Below, one piece after another: positions 36,114 to 44,632 of a stretch of 64,000 bases of DNA. The notes below the pieces were generated by a model, which did no database searches, was not told the DNA's origin, and worked only from the letters and a program-made list of their open reading frames with translations. The stretch's first letter is position 1; every line of letters begins with the position of its first letter. The DNA lies in the NCBI GenBank assembly GCA_002841455.1, contig PGZT01000001.1:15919-79918 (forward strand). Direction: 5' to 3'. Source of the DNA: Firmicutes bacterium HGW-Firmicutes-21. GTDB taxonomy: Bacteria; Bacillota; Clostridia; Oscillospirales; CAG-382. Both the position numbers and the translations under genes were made by a program.

Positions 36114-36397
36114 CTCTGGAGCCTGTCAAGCACCATATTATAACCGTCGCTGCCGAAGCGGAGAGAGCGGTTCACCCTTGTGATGGTTGCGGTCGAAAGC
36201 CCTGTCTTTTCTGCTATTTCGTTATAGGTTATACCCTCCCGCAGCATCTCGGCAGCGGTAAGCCGCTTGCTCATCTCGGTTATCTCGGAAAGGGTACACA
36301 AATCATCCAGAAGGCGGTAGCATTCCTCTATAGTCTTTAAAGAAACCAACGCTTTACAGAGCTTTTCGGTTTGCTCGTTTTTTACCTTTTCAATCAT
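36110..36397 (-). CDS. YerC/YecD (TrpR-like) family DNA-binding protein
   Basis: 95 aa. LDDLCTLSEITEMSKRLTAAEML..GITYNEIAEKTGLSTATITRVNRSL matches the family pattern. Confidence 0.8.
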   Translation of the reverse strand: MIEKVKNEQTEKLCKALVSLKTIEECYRLLDDLCTLSEITEMSKRLTAAEMLREGITYNEIAEKTGLSTATITRVNRSLRFGSDGYNMVLDRLQR

Positions 36398-36431
36398 TGC
36401 AGCAGCTCCTTACCTTATTTTTTAATCGGTG

Positions 36432-38993
36432 CTATTTAATGTTTATGGTTATCCTTACGACTTCGCTTGTATCGTATCCGTAATCGGTTACCACCTCAAA
36501 ATAATCCTGCCCCGTAATTCCCTTTGTCGGAGTGTAAACAAAGCTGCCGTCAAGGTTCATCTGTATCGTGCCGTATTTTGGCGAGGTAACGATTTTGTAA
36601 ATCTTAACCATGTTGGCGGATTCAACAGCTATACTGCCCGTCAGCTTTTCCGAAACCGTGCAGTCCAGAGTAACGCTTTCGGCTGCCGGTGTTGAGGGGT
36701 TAAAGGTTCCCTTTATGAATTTATATGTGTCCTCGTAGAGCGAATTTATATATTTGTCGGTTGAGTTATAAGCGGTGTAAATAGAACCGGGGACTCCTCC
36801 CTGATAATACATATGAACGGCGTCGGTCATATAGCCGGTCAGCGCACCCACCGCATAATACTTTTTCATTCTGTCGACATGCTCGGTTGAGGTGCCTCCG
36901 ATTTCAAGCTCAATGCACATTCCCAATAGCTTTGCAGCCTCTGCCGCATCAAAAAGACGCTGATCCGGAATGTTAAAATTAAAAGCGAAGTTGGGCTGAT
37001 AGCATGCAAGGTCAAAGCCGAGCTTTGCCCACTCGTTATAACCGCTTGCCTGATAATACGGTATCCATGAGGTTATATATCCGAGCGAGCGGACATATTC
37101 GGTGGTGTAGGAGATAAGCTCCAAAAGTTGTGAATCGCTGTAATTAATCTCCTCGGTAAACCAATAGAAGCCCTCGATGTATAAATTTTTGTAGCCCTTT
37201 TCGTCAAAGACCCTTATCTGTTCGTCTATGAGCCATTTAATGGCGGTTTTCCTGTCCTCAACCTTTGAGAAGTTAAGGTTTTTTCCGCCTATTTCACCAA
37301 AGGAGGTTACCTCGGAAACGGGATATAGTATTGAAAGGAACACGCCTACCTTATAGTCGCTCTTACCGAGTGCGTCCTTTGTTTCCTTGACTGCGGCATC
37401 AAGCGCATCCATATTTCTGTCCTTGGTAAACTGAACATCCATATAATACTGCCAGTCCTCTTTTTTCAACGGCTTTTTGGTACCGCCGTCGTAAAGATAT
37501 GCGACATATGGAAGGAACATATAGGAATCAAACAAGGTATCCTTTATTACACCGTTTTCTATATATGCCACATGAGGAAGGTATATCTCCTTTGTTATCG
37601 GTGCTATGCTCGGATGACATATATACGAAAGAAGCACATCCTGTATGCCGTTGAAATCCTCCGGCGAGGCGTATTTGTTAGGGTATACAATTTCCTCGAT
37701 TATATCGGGAATTATCTCTTTTGCGTTGCCTACCTTTTTTGTGCCGGTTATTTGAAACTCGTCGGCATAAACATGTGAGGTAACCGCAAAGGATATTTTT
37801 ATATACCTCGCACGGTAGCTCCTTGCGAACTTTCCGGCAACACGAACGATATCGCTCTCCTTTGCCGATGTTAGATTTGTTATCTTATGAATCTCCTGCC
37901 AATCCGTTCCGTTTTCGGAGGCGGATATTTTTACCTCTGGGGGGAGCTTTACTCCCGATGAGTCCTCCTTAAGGAAGCCGACAGAATAGCCGGATACGGC
38001 GGAGGTGTTGCCCAAGTCGTAATATATGTCTCTCTGAAGTCCTCTTGTAAAGCGGAACCATCCGGCGGCGTCATACTTTGCGACCGTGGCATATCTTCCG
38101 TCGGTGAGCGCTGCCGCAGAGGCGGGTGTGTTCTTCTGTGCGGTTGCCAGGTCACCGTCGAGGGTTGCATATGCGGCTATCTGCTGGGTCAGCCCTGCGA
38201 GCAGGTTCTTCTCGGTGTTATAGTCGGAGTCGCTCTGACTCCAATAGGTCGGCTCGGTGATTTCGGGAATAACTACCTCGTCGTAATATTTTGTCGGTTT
38301 ATTAATCAATGGATTCTCTCCTTCGTATTTATATACAAATATTTCATCAACGAATAACCAGGATGATCTCGGTGCGACACAGGCTATTTTTATTTTTGAT
38401 GCCGTTATACCGCCCTGGAGCTTGAGCGATGCGGTATATAATCCGGGTGCGTCGAGCACCTTTGGGGTTATGCTTGTGTTAATAAGCGTGTATTCTCCGT
38501 TGTTAAAGGCATAAAACTCCACCTTGGTGGGAAGTCCTATACCGGAGGACAAATTATTGCAGAAGCTTATTCCTAAGTCCGCAATGCCGCTGTATGATGC
38601 GGCAAGGTCAAGCTCTATGGTCAGACTCCCCGATGAGGCGGAGTTGTACCCTACCCACGGCTCTTTGTTAGAGCCGAAATAACCCTCCGCAAAAACGCCG
38701 TCCGTAAGCTTTGCGTTGGTGTCGGGATATGTAGGGTGAGCCTGATATGACGGAGTATAGCTCTTTTCCAGCGATAGGTTGACCTGTGCAAGGGTACGGT
38801 CTATCTCGCTTGTATACAATGCATCAATCGACGCTTTTACAAGTGAATAATCGGTGGTATCCTCGGATGTATCCTTTGAGGTGTCCTCTGATGTGCCGCT
38901 TTCGTCGTCAACAGGGGTTACCGTACAGGAAACCGTTAAGGTAAGCGTCATTAGTAGCACTAAAAAGAGGCAGATCAATCTGTCTTTTCTCAT
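36432..38993 (-). CDS. Large secreted lipoprotein, putative glycan-binding/glycoside-hydrolase-like (discoidin-like and possible DUF4855-like regions, C-terminal cadherin/Ig-like domain)
   Basis: 853 aa. Lipobox-type signal LTLTVSCT. The C-terminal segment YGTIQMNLDGSFVYTPTKGITGQDYFEVVTD is cadherin-like. The assignments for the middle domains come from memory only. Confidence 0.65.
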   Translation of the reverse strand: MRKDRLICLFLVLLMTLTLTVSCTVTPVDDESGTSEDTSKDTSEDTTDYSLVKASIDALYTSEIDRTLAQVNLSLEKSYTPSYQAHPTYPDTNAKLTDGVFAEGYFGSNKEPWVGYNSASSGSLTIELDLAASYSGIADLGISFCNNLSSGIGLPTKVEFYAFNNGEYTLINTSITPKVLDAPGLYTASLKLQGGITASKIKIACVAPRSSWLFVDEIFVYKYEGENPLINKPTKYYDEVVIPEITEPTYWSQSDSDYNTEKNLLAGLTQQIAAYATLDGDLATAQKNTPASAAALTDGRYATVAKYDAAGWFRFTRGLQRDIYYDLGNTSAVSGYSVGFLKEDSSGVKLPPEVKISASENGTDWQEIHKITNLTSAKESDIVRVAGKFARSYRARYIKISFAVTSHVYADEFQITGTKKVGNAKEIIPDIIEEIVYPNKYASPEDFNGIQDVLLSYICHPSIAPITKEIYLPHVAYIENGVIKDTLFDSYMFLPYVAYLYDGGTKKPLKKEDWQYYMDVQFTKDRNMDALDAAVKETKDALGKSDYKVGVFLSILYPVSEVTSFGEIGGKNLNFSKVEDRKTAIKWLIDEQIRVFDEKGYKNLYIEGFYWFTEEINYSDSQLLELISYTTEYVRSLGYITSWIPYYQASGYNEWAKLGFDLACYQPNFAFNFNIPDQRLFDAAEAAKLLGMCIELEIGGTSTEHVDRMKKYYAVGALTGYMTDAVHMYYQGGVPGSIYTAYNSTDKYINSLYEDTYKFIKGTFNPSTPAAESVTLDCTVSEKLTGSIAVESANMVKIYKIVTSPKYGTIQMNLDGSFVYTPTKGITGQDYFEVVTDYGYDTSEVVRITINIK

Positions 38994-39109
38994 TTTCCTA
39001 AAAAATTCCTTTCTGTTTGGTGTTTTTCTTTATTATACATCTTTTTTTCCGCCAGTGCAATATAAAAATCCCCCACAGCTTTAAAACAATGTTTTTTAAC
39101 ATTTGAATG

Positions 39110-39138
39110 TTGACTTTTGTTCAAAAAAACCATATAAT
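39110..39138 (+). promoter_or_regulatory. Sigma-A-like promoter for the 39219 ORF
   Basis: TTGACT (39110-39115), 17-nt spacer, TATAAT (39133-39138). Confidence 0.55.
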
Positions 39139-39218
39139 GCTTTTAATAAGTGAATCTATACACACAAATTATATTCACATTCTGTGAGTAACGGCAAATT
39201 TATATGGAGGTTATTTAA

Positions 39219-39656
39219 ATGAAAAAATCAATCAGCTTGTTATTAGTCGTTCTTTTTGCGTTTGCCGCTTTAGCGGGATGCTCCGCCGAAAAAGCAACGG
39301 TTTCCGTGAAGGTAGTAATTGACCGGGGCTATGACGGGATTTTTGACGAGACCCTGTACGAGGGCGATGTGGAGATTTCCGGAAAGAACATAAGTGTTGA
39401 CGCTATTATTAACCAATTGAGCACCGATGGTAAAATAACCACCGAGTATACAGAAAATGCTAACGGCGACACCGTTATAAAGGCTATAAACGGCAACGAG
39501 AACAAGAACGAGGGAGTAGACCCCGTAGTTTTTTACGAATGGATTTCGGCAAAAAACAACTCCGAGGTTAAAGGATTATGGTCCGATACATTAGTGGCGG
39601 ACTCATGGATGTGCAGAAATTTGTTGCTATCGCAGAGAGGAGCTCCTTTCCGATAG
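39219..39656 (+). CDS. Lipoprotein, DUF4430-like N-terminal layout with an atypical 3' end
   Basis: Lipobox LAGCSA. It resembles the DUF4430 gene at 62180 in layout but lacks the terminal DGD motif. Its last 79 nt overlap the next ORF. Confidence 0.55.
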   Translation: MKKSISLLLVVLFAFAALAGCSAEKATVSVKVVIDRGYDGIFDETLYEGDVEISGKNISVDAIINQLSTDGKITTEYTENANGDTVIKAINGNENKNEGVDPVVFYEWISAKNNSEVKGLWSDTLVADSWMCRNLLLSQRGAPFR

Positions 39657-39796
39657 ATTTGACATCGGGACGCTATACCGTTGATGCAAAAAGCCTTATG
39701 GGGATATTCAGCCTTGATTTAATGCAGCCAATCAAGCTTATCGCTCACGGGGACGATACCGAATTGTTTGCACAGCTTGAGAAGTTCAAGGCATAA
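39578..39796 (+). CDS. HPr-like small protein lacking the phospho-histidine region
   Basis: 72 aa. VQKFVAIAERSSFPIDLTSGRYTVDAKSLMGIFSLDLMQPIKLIAHGDD aligns by eye with the HPr segment [37 protein letters not shown]. A GAGG RBS lies 10 nt upstream and an in-frame stop sits at 39569. Confidence 0.6.
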   Translation: MVRYISGGLMDVQKFVAIAERSSFPIDLTSGRYTVDAKSLMGIFSLDLMQPIKLIAHGDDTELFAQLEKFKA

Positions 39797-39882
39797 GTTT
39801 AAAATACATATTATTTAAACAAAAACAATGGACAACGGATGCTTCCGATGCCCATTTTTTGTTTATTCTTATTTTTCTGCCG

Positions 39883-40533
39883 TTAACCTTGTTTTCTGTC
39901 CTTGTTTCCTTTTCCCTCGGGAGCGACAACAATCTTTCTCTCCGCTCCGTCGCCGATTGAATAGGTAACAACGCCGTTAATCTCCTGACACTCGGAGTGT
40001 ATAATCCTTCTCTCGTATGCGTTCATAGGCTCAAGGGCGAAGCTCTTTTTGTACTTAAGCACCTTATCCGACATTCTCCTCGCAAGCGCTTTTAGTGTTT
40101 GCGAGCGCTTCTCTCGGTAGTTCTCTATGTCAAGGGTTATGCGGAAAAACTCGTCGTGCTTTTTATTTGCCGCGAGGGTTGTAAGGTATTGAATGGAATC
40201 CAAAACATCGCCGTGCCTGCCGATTAAAAGCCCCAGATTCTCGCCCTGTACCGTAATAACGGCACCCTCTGCGTCCTCGCTCTCTATAACGGCTGTAGCC
40301 TCAATACCCATATTTTTAAGCAGTGTATCTACAAATTCCAGCGCTACAAGAGCGGGAGTTTCCTCTATATAGACTCTGACCTTGGCGGCAGAGGAGCCTA
40401 TACCCAAAATGCCCTTTCTTGCCTCGTCGATTGTCTCATATTTAACCTTTTCCACAGTCCTGCCAAGCGCCGCCGCCCCTGCCGCAACAGCCTCGTCGAC
40501 TGTCTTGCCCGTAGTAATAATTTCTTTTGTCAT
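39883..40533 (-). CDS. jag: Jag/KhpB RNA-binding protein (Jag_N, KH, R3H)
   Basis: MTKEIITTGKTVDEAVAAGAAALG is a Jag N-terminus, and the C-terminal R3H region reads EPMNAYERRIIH. The start at 40533 is chosen to avoid overlap with yidC. The track ORF extends to 40602. Confidence 0.85.
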   Translation of the reverse strand: MTKEIITTGKTVDEAVAAGAAALGRTVEKVKYETIDEARKGILGIGSSAAKVRVYIEETPALVALEFVDTLLKNMGIEATAVIESEDAEGAVITVQGENLGLLIGRHGDVLDSIQYLTTLAANKKHDEFFRITLDIENYREKRSQTLKALARRMSDKVLKYKKSFALEPMNAYERRIIHSECQEINGVVTYSIGDGAERKIVVAPEGKGNKDRKQG

Positions 40534-40573
40534 ATTTTTGGCCATTCCTTTCAGTGTTGAGTACGGATTGCTG

Positions 40574-41872
40574 TCAATCGTTGCCGCTTTCGTCGTCATC
40601 ACTTATATCGTTACCGTCGTCATCGTCATCGTCGTCCGCCGAAAGCATCTCTATTTTGTTTCTTATTAAAGGCTTTTTACCGCCCGACGAGCTCTTTGCC
40701 GCTCCCGATTTGGGCTTGCCGGCTGTAGGTCTGCCGTCAACCTCAAGGTCCTTGTAGCTCTCGTCGTCCTCGTCAACCTCAATCATAATAACCTTTTTCT
40801 TTTTCTTCTGCGATTGCTTAATATCCTTCTCTGCGGCCGTTATATCCGCTTCGGTAATAACGGGCATGGGGTAGAATTGATTAAGAACAATCGGTTGAAC
40901 CGCTCCGGTTACTGTTCGCCATATCCAGTAGATACCCACCGCCGCAGGGAAGCTGAAGGAGAAGACCAAGCTCAGAATAGGCATGCCCCATTCCATAAAC
41001 TTACCTCCGCCCATAGGATTTCCGTCCGCTCCCATAGGAGAGCCCATATATTTACGGTTGATAACCCCGCCGAAATAGCTTGTTATGAAAACAAGGAGCG
41101 GTATCAAATGTATGAACCTGAACCTAAAGCTCATTATATCACCCAAATTGGGCGTGTCCAGCAATGTCTCGCCAAAAAAGCCGAATTTAGGGAGCGCGTC
41201 TCGCTGTTCGTCCGAAAAATGCAATGTGTATTTTTCTGCGGACGCAAGAGTTATATTGTGCTTTTTTGCGATTTCCTGAAAATACTCGTAATCCTCGGAA
41301 ATTATTTTTGTAAGAACCAGCTCGATCTTGCGTGAATCGTTCGCTCCGAGATCCTTTGAAATTGCATCCAGCTCTTTATTAAAGCTATCGTACTCGGTTT
41401 CGTTGTAATTGTTCTCGATTAAATCCTTGTCTTTGTACTGCTCTACAACCTCAATCGCATATCTGTACAGCTCATCGTTTTGCAGCTGTGCTTTCAGGTC
41501 GCCTGTGGAGGAGTAAGAAATCGGAGCTCTTACAATAGCAAAAAGGATTAAAATAATGGGCAGCTGAATAAGCATGGGCAGGCAGCCCGCAAGCTGATTA
41601 TACCCTTCCGTTCTGTACATTTCCTGAACCTCAAGGTTCATTTTCTGTTGAGTGGCACGGTCTTTTCTGCCCGCATACTTCTTTCTTATCGCCATTTCCT
41701 TAGGGCGCATTTTTCTCTGCATTATTTGGCTTTTATGCTGCTTTATACCGAGCGGGAGCAAAACGATCTGCATTATGAGCGCAAAGAAAAATAACGCAAA
41801 AACATAATAGTTGCCCGAAATAAAAAGGCATAATTTCATCAAATATTCGAAGGGTATATAAAAGAATTCCAT
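40574..41872 (-). CDS. yidC: YidC/Oxa1 family membrane protein insertase (enlarged)
   Basis: The core motifs MQRKMRPKEMAIRKKY and GYNQLAGCLPMLIQLPI are present. It carries a long loop insertion and a charged C-terminal tail, giving 432 aa. Confidence 0.88.
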   Translation of the reverse strand: MEFFYIPFEYLMKLCLFISGNYYVFALFFFALIMQIVLLPLGIKQHKSQIMQRKMRPKEMAIRKKYAGRKDRATQQKMNLEVQEMYRTEGYNQLAGCLPMLIQLPIILILFAIVRAPISYSSTGDLKAQLQNDELYRYAIEVVEQYKDKDLIENNYNETEYDSFNKELDAISKDLGANDSRKIELVLTKIISEDYEYFQEIAKKHNITLASAEKYTLHFSDEQRDALPKFGFFGETLLDTPNLGDIMSFRFRFIHLIPLLVFITSYFGGVINRKYMGSPMGADGNPMGGGKFMEWGMPILSLVFSFSFPAAVGIYWIWRTVTGAVQPIVLNQFYPMPVITEADITAAEKDIKQSQKKKKKVIMIEVDEDDESYKDLEVDGRPTAGKPKSGAAKSSSGGKKPLIRNKIEMLSADDDDDDDGNDISDDDESGND

Positions 41873-41949
41873 GTTTTAAAAATCCGTTTCCCCGACAAAA
41901 TGAATCGAATGTTCTGTGCTTCAGCTGCCGTCTGTCGGCGTTGGCGGCC

Positions 41950-42183
41950 TTAGCCTTTTTTTCTTATGCTCTTTTCCGGAACAGGGTCATAACCGCCCTT
42001 GCAGAAAGGGTTGCACCGCAAAATTCTGTATACGGCGAGCAAAAGCCCTTTAATAACACCTCGTGTCTCTATTGCCTCGATTGCGTATTGAGAGCAGGTT
42101 GGCTGAAAGCGACAGGCAGACGAGCTGTAAGGCGAAATATGTTTTTGGTATAAACGAATCGGAAAAATAAATAACCTTTTCAT
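41950..42183 (-). CDS. yidD: Membrane protein insertion efficiency factor YidD
   Basis: 77 aa. [27 protein letters not shown]...[14 protein letters not shown]. Confidence 0.9.
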   Translation of the reverse strand: MKRLFIFPIRLYQKHISPYSSSACRFQPTCSQYAIEAIETRGVIKGLLLAVYRILRCNPFCKGGYDPVPEKSIRKKG

Positions 42184-42190
42184 TTCGGTA

Positions 42191-42553
42191 TCACTTTAAT
42201 CCTTCTTCACGCAAAAGGGCCGCCTTTTTCAATAATGCATACAGCTCATCCTGAATTACGGTAAAATGAGCATCGTCGCATGCCTTTCTGGCGACAATAA
42301 CAATAAGAAATCCTTCCTTTACAAACGGGTGAAGAGTTCTGTAGGCCTCTTTTATTTTTCTTCTTATCCTGTTCCTTGTTACGGCATTGCCGCGGTTCTT
42401 TATCACCGTAATGCCGACAAGCGTGTTTCTTCTGTCATAATTCTTCAAAGCATAAAGCACCATTGTTCCGGAGGCAACACTTTTTCCTTTTTTGTATACC
42501 TTTTGGAACAAATGATTTTCCTTCAGCGCCTTTATCTTTTTGGTTTTTTCCAT
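42191..42553 (-). CDS. rnpA: Ribonuclease P protein component
   Basis: 120-aa basic protein ([13 protein letters not shown]) located downstream of rpmH. Confidence 0.9.
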   Translation of the reverse strand: MEKTKKIKALKENHLFQKVYKKGKSVASGTMVLYALKNYDRRNTLVGITVIKNRGNAVTRNRIRRKIKEAYRTLHPFVKEGFLIVIVARKACDDAHFTVIQDELYALLKKAALLREEGLK

Positions 42554-42588
42554 TGTATCAGTAAACCTTTTAAATTAAGCAAAAGAAG

Positions 42589-42618
42589 GCATAATGCACT
42601 CCAAAAAATGCATTATGC
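42589..42618 (-). other. Perfect 10-bp hairpin between rpmH and rnpA (attenuator or terminator-like)
   Basis: gcataatgca-ctccaaaaaa-tgcattatgc. On the minus strand it is followed by ccttcttttgc. Confidence 0.45.
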
Positions 42619-42662
42619 GCTTTCTAAAAAACACATTTTTGCATATCGCAAATATGGGTTTA

Positions 42663-42797
42663 TCAATAAGTCAGGCGAATTCTGCCCTTTGCTCTTCTTC
42701 TCTTAAGCACCTTTCTTCCGTTTGCCGTTGCCATTCTTTTTCTGAAGCCGTGCTCTTTTTTTCTGTGTCTTTTCTTCGGTTGATATGTCCTGAGCAT
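42663..42797 (-). CDS. rpmH: 50S ribosomal protein L34
   Basis: It is absent from the ORF track because it is shorter than 60 aa. My manual translation is [44 protein letters not shown] (44 aa), upstream of rnpA. Confidence 0.92.
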   Translation of the reverse strand: MLRTYQPKKRHRKKEHGFRKRMATANGRKVLKRRRAKGRIRLTY

Positions 42798-43073
42798 TAC
42801 AAATGCACCTCCCCGATATTTATATAAAAAAGTATTATTACTCTACGGTGCGAAGACTACCGTAAAAACCCCGCTCCCGTTAAAAGTCAACATTTATTAT
42901 ATACATAAATATTAACTAATGTCAAGTGTTTTGTTTGCTTTTTTTATAAACATAAGCGTTATACCGCTTAACGGGCTCCGTTTTCATTCTTTTTTAAGAA
43001 AACCCTTTTCTTTTTCCTTATTTTGTGCTATAATATATTTATATATATATATTATTATAAGTGAAGTGAGTTA

Positions 43074-44414
43074 ATGGAAGATTTAGAATACGGTTCTATA
43101 ATAGACAGTCTAAAATCAGAGCTGTCGGAGCGCTTCAGCAGCACTACGATGTCTCTGTGGTTCGATCAGCTGACGATATTTTCACTGGACGAAAAGCAGG
43201 CTGTTTTGCTTGCTCCCTCCGAGTTTAAAAAAAATATACTTGATAAGAAATATATCTCTGTTTTAAGGGAGAGACTCTGCGCCGTTCTCGGCTTTGAGGT
43301 GGAACTTAAGCTAATCTCCGCCGAAAGCGAGGATTCCTTAAAAAGCACCTCACCGTCAAAGGATATCCCCGAGGAGGATGTAAGCGCATATAAGCTGCGT
43401 TTTAACCCGACATATACCTTTGAGAATTTTGTGGTAGGCAAATCCAACGAGCTTGCTCAGGTAACCAGCCTTGCCGTTGCAAAGCGACCTGCCGAGCTAA
43501 ACAACCCGCTCTTTCTTTACGGTCCGTCGGGACTCGGAAAAACTCACCTTCTCTTTGCTATAGTCAACGAGATAAGAAAAAACTTTAGCGATTATCAGAT
43601 TTTATATGTTACGGGCGAGGAGTTTACAAACGAGCTTATTGATTCGTTGGCTCAAAAAAAGCCCGTCGCTTTCAGAGATAAATACAGAAACCTTGATGTT
43701 CTTTTGGTTGACGATATACAATTTCTTGCAAATAAGCTTGCCATTCAGGAGGAATTCTTCCATACCTTTGACACGCTGTTTAAGCAAAACAAACAGATTA
43801 TTTTAGCATCCGACTGTCATCCAAAGGAGATAAACAACCTTGAGGACAGGCTCAAGTCTCGGTTTGAAATGGGGCTTGTCGCCGACATTCAGCCACCCGA
43901 CCTTGAGCTTAGAGTCGCTATATTCAAGAGAAAAACCGCAGATATGGGGCTGGAGATACCAAACGATGTGTTCCTGTATCTTGCGGAGAACATTAAAATA
44001 AACATACGGCAGATAGAGGGCTCTCTAAAAAAGCTCAAGGCTCACAGCCTTATAAGCGGCGAAAACATTAACATTACAATGGCGCGTTCGGTTCTCGGCG
44101 ATTTTCTCAGAAGTGCTGAGAGCTCGGACAATATTATAGAAAAAATATTCACCTATGTTTCCAAGCGTTACGGTGTTTCAAAGGATTCTCTCAAGAGTCA
44201 GAAACGAAGTGCCGATATCGCTTACCCCCGTCATATAGCGATTTATCTGACCCGACAGCTTACCTCACTATCTCAAAAGAGTATTGCGAGAATTTTTGCA
44301 AAAAAGGATCACACCACAGTTTACAACTCGATAATGGTTGTTGAAAAGAAGCTGAAGAGCGATGTTCAGTTTGAACGGGAGATAAATCAAATCATCGAGG
44401 AGTTCCGGGGATAA
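43074..44414 (+). CDS. dnaA: Chromosomal replication initiator protein DnaA
   Basis: 446 aa with Walker A GPSGLGKTHL, Walker B LLVDDIQF and a C-terminal DnaA-box-binding domain (YPRHIAIYLTRQLT). Confidence 0.96.
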   Translation: MEDLEYGSIIDSLKSELSERFSSTTMSLWFDQLTIFSLDEKQAVLLAPSEFKKNILDKKYISVLRERLCAVLGFEVELKLISAESEDSLKSTSPSKDIPEEDVSAYKLRFNPTYTFENFVVGKSNELAQVTSLAVAKRPAELNNPLFLYGPSGLGKTHLLFAIVNEIRKNFSDYQILYVTGEEFTNELIDSLAQKKPVAFRDKYRNLDVLLVDDIQFLANKLAIQEEFFHTFDTLFKQNKQIILASDCHPKEINNLEDRLKSRFEMGLVADIQPPDLELRVAIFKRKTADMGLEIPNDVFLYLAENIKINIRQIEGSLKKLKAHSLISGENINITMARSVLGDFLRSAESSDNIIEKIFTYVSKRYGVSKDSLKSQKRSADIAYPRHIAIYLTRQLTSLSQKSIARIFAKKDHTTVYNSIMVVEKKLKSDVQFEREINQIIEEFRG

Positions 44415-44632
44415 ACAAAAAGACAACGGTGAATAAAAACGACCTTTTCCACAGGTTTTACCCATAGTTTTCTTCACCCGTTTTTGCTGTTTTCTTTTAT
44501 GCGGCAATCCGTTTCGGGGTTTCCCACATATACACAGGGACTACTACTAATAAGACTACTAATTCCTTTGGTTATATTTATAACTTTTTCTGTAAAAAAT
44601 CTACTTCTTTTCGGAAAGGACTTGTTACAAAG
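44415..44632. other. Putative oriC unwinding module in the dnaA-dnaN spacer
   Basis: DnaA-box-like 9-mers are TTTTCCACA (44445-44453), TTTCCCACA (44520-44528) and ATATACACA (44528-44536). They are followed by GGGA, then CTA CTA CTA ATA AGA CTA CTA ATT (44541-44564), then an AT-rich stretch up to dnaN. Gene orientation diverges at dnaA. Confidence 0.7.

Noticed and set aside
39560-39660. A frameshifted pseudogene joining ORFs 39219-39656 and 39578-39796.
   Set aside because: The second ORF has its own GAGG RBS and an in-frame stop (39569) just upstream. The two products belong to unrelated folds, so a simple frameshift of one gene is unlikely. It is reported as an overlap or rearrangement instead.
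42798-43073. A DnaA-box cluster in the rpmH-dnaA spacer, which would be the upstream half of a bipartite oriC.
   Set aside because: Only AT-rich 9-mers with two or more mismatches are present (TTATATACA, TTATAAACA). These are indistinguishable from background in this AT-rich spacer, so no boxes were called there.
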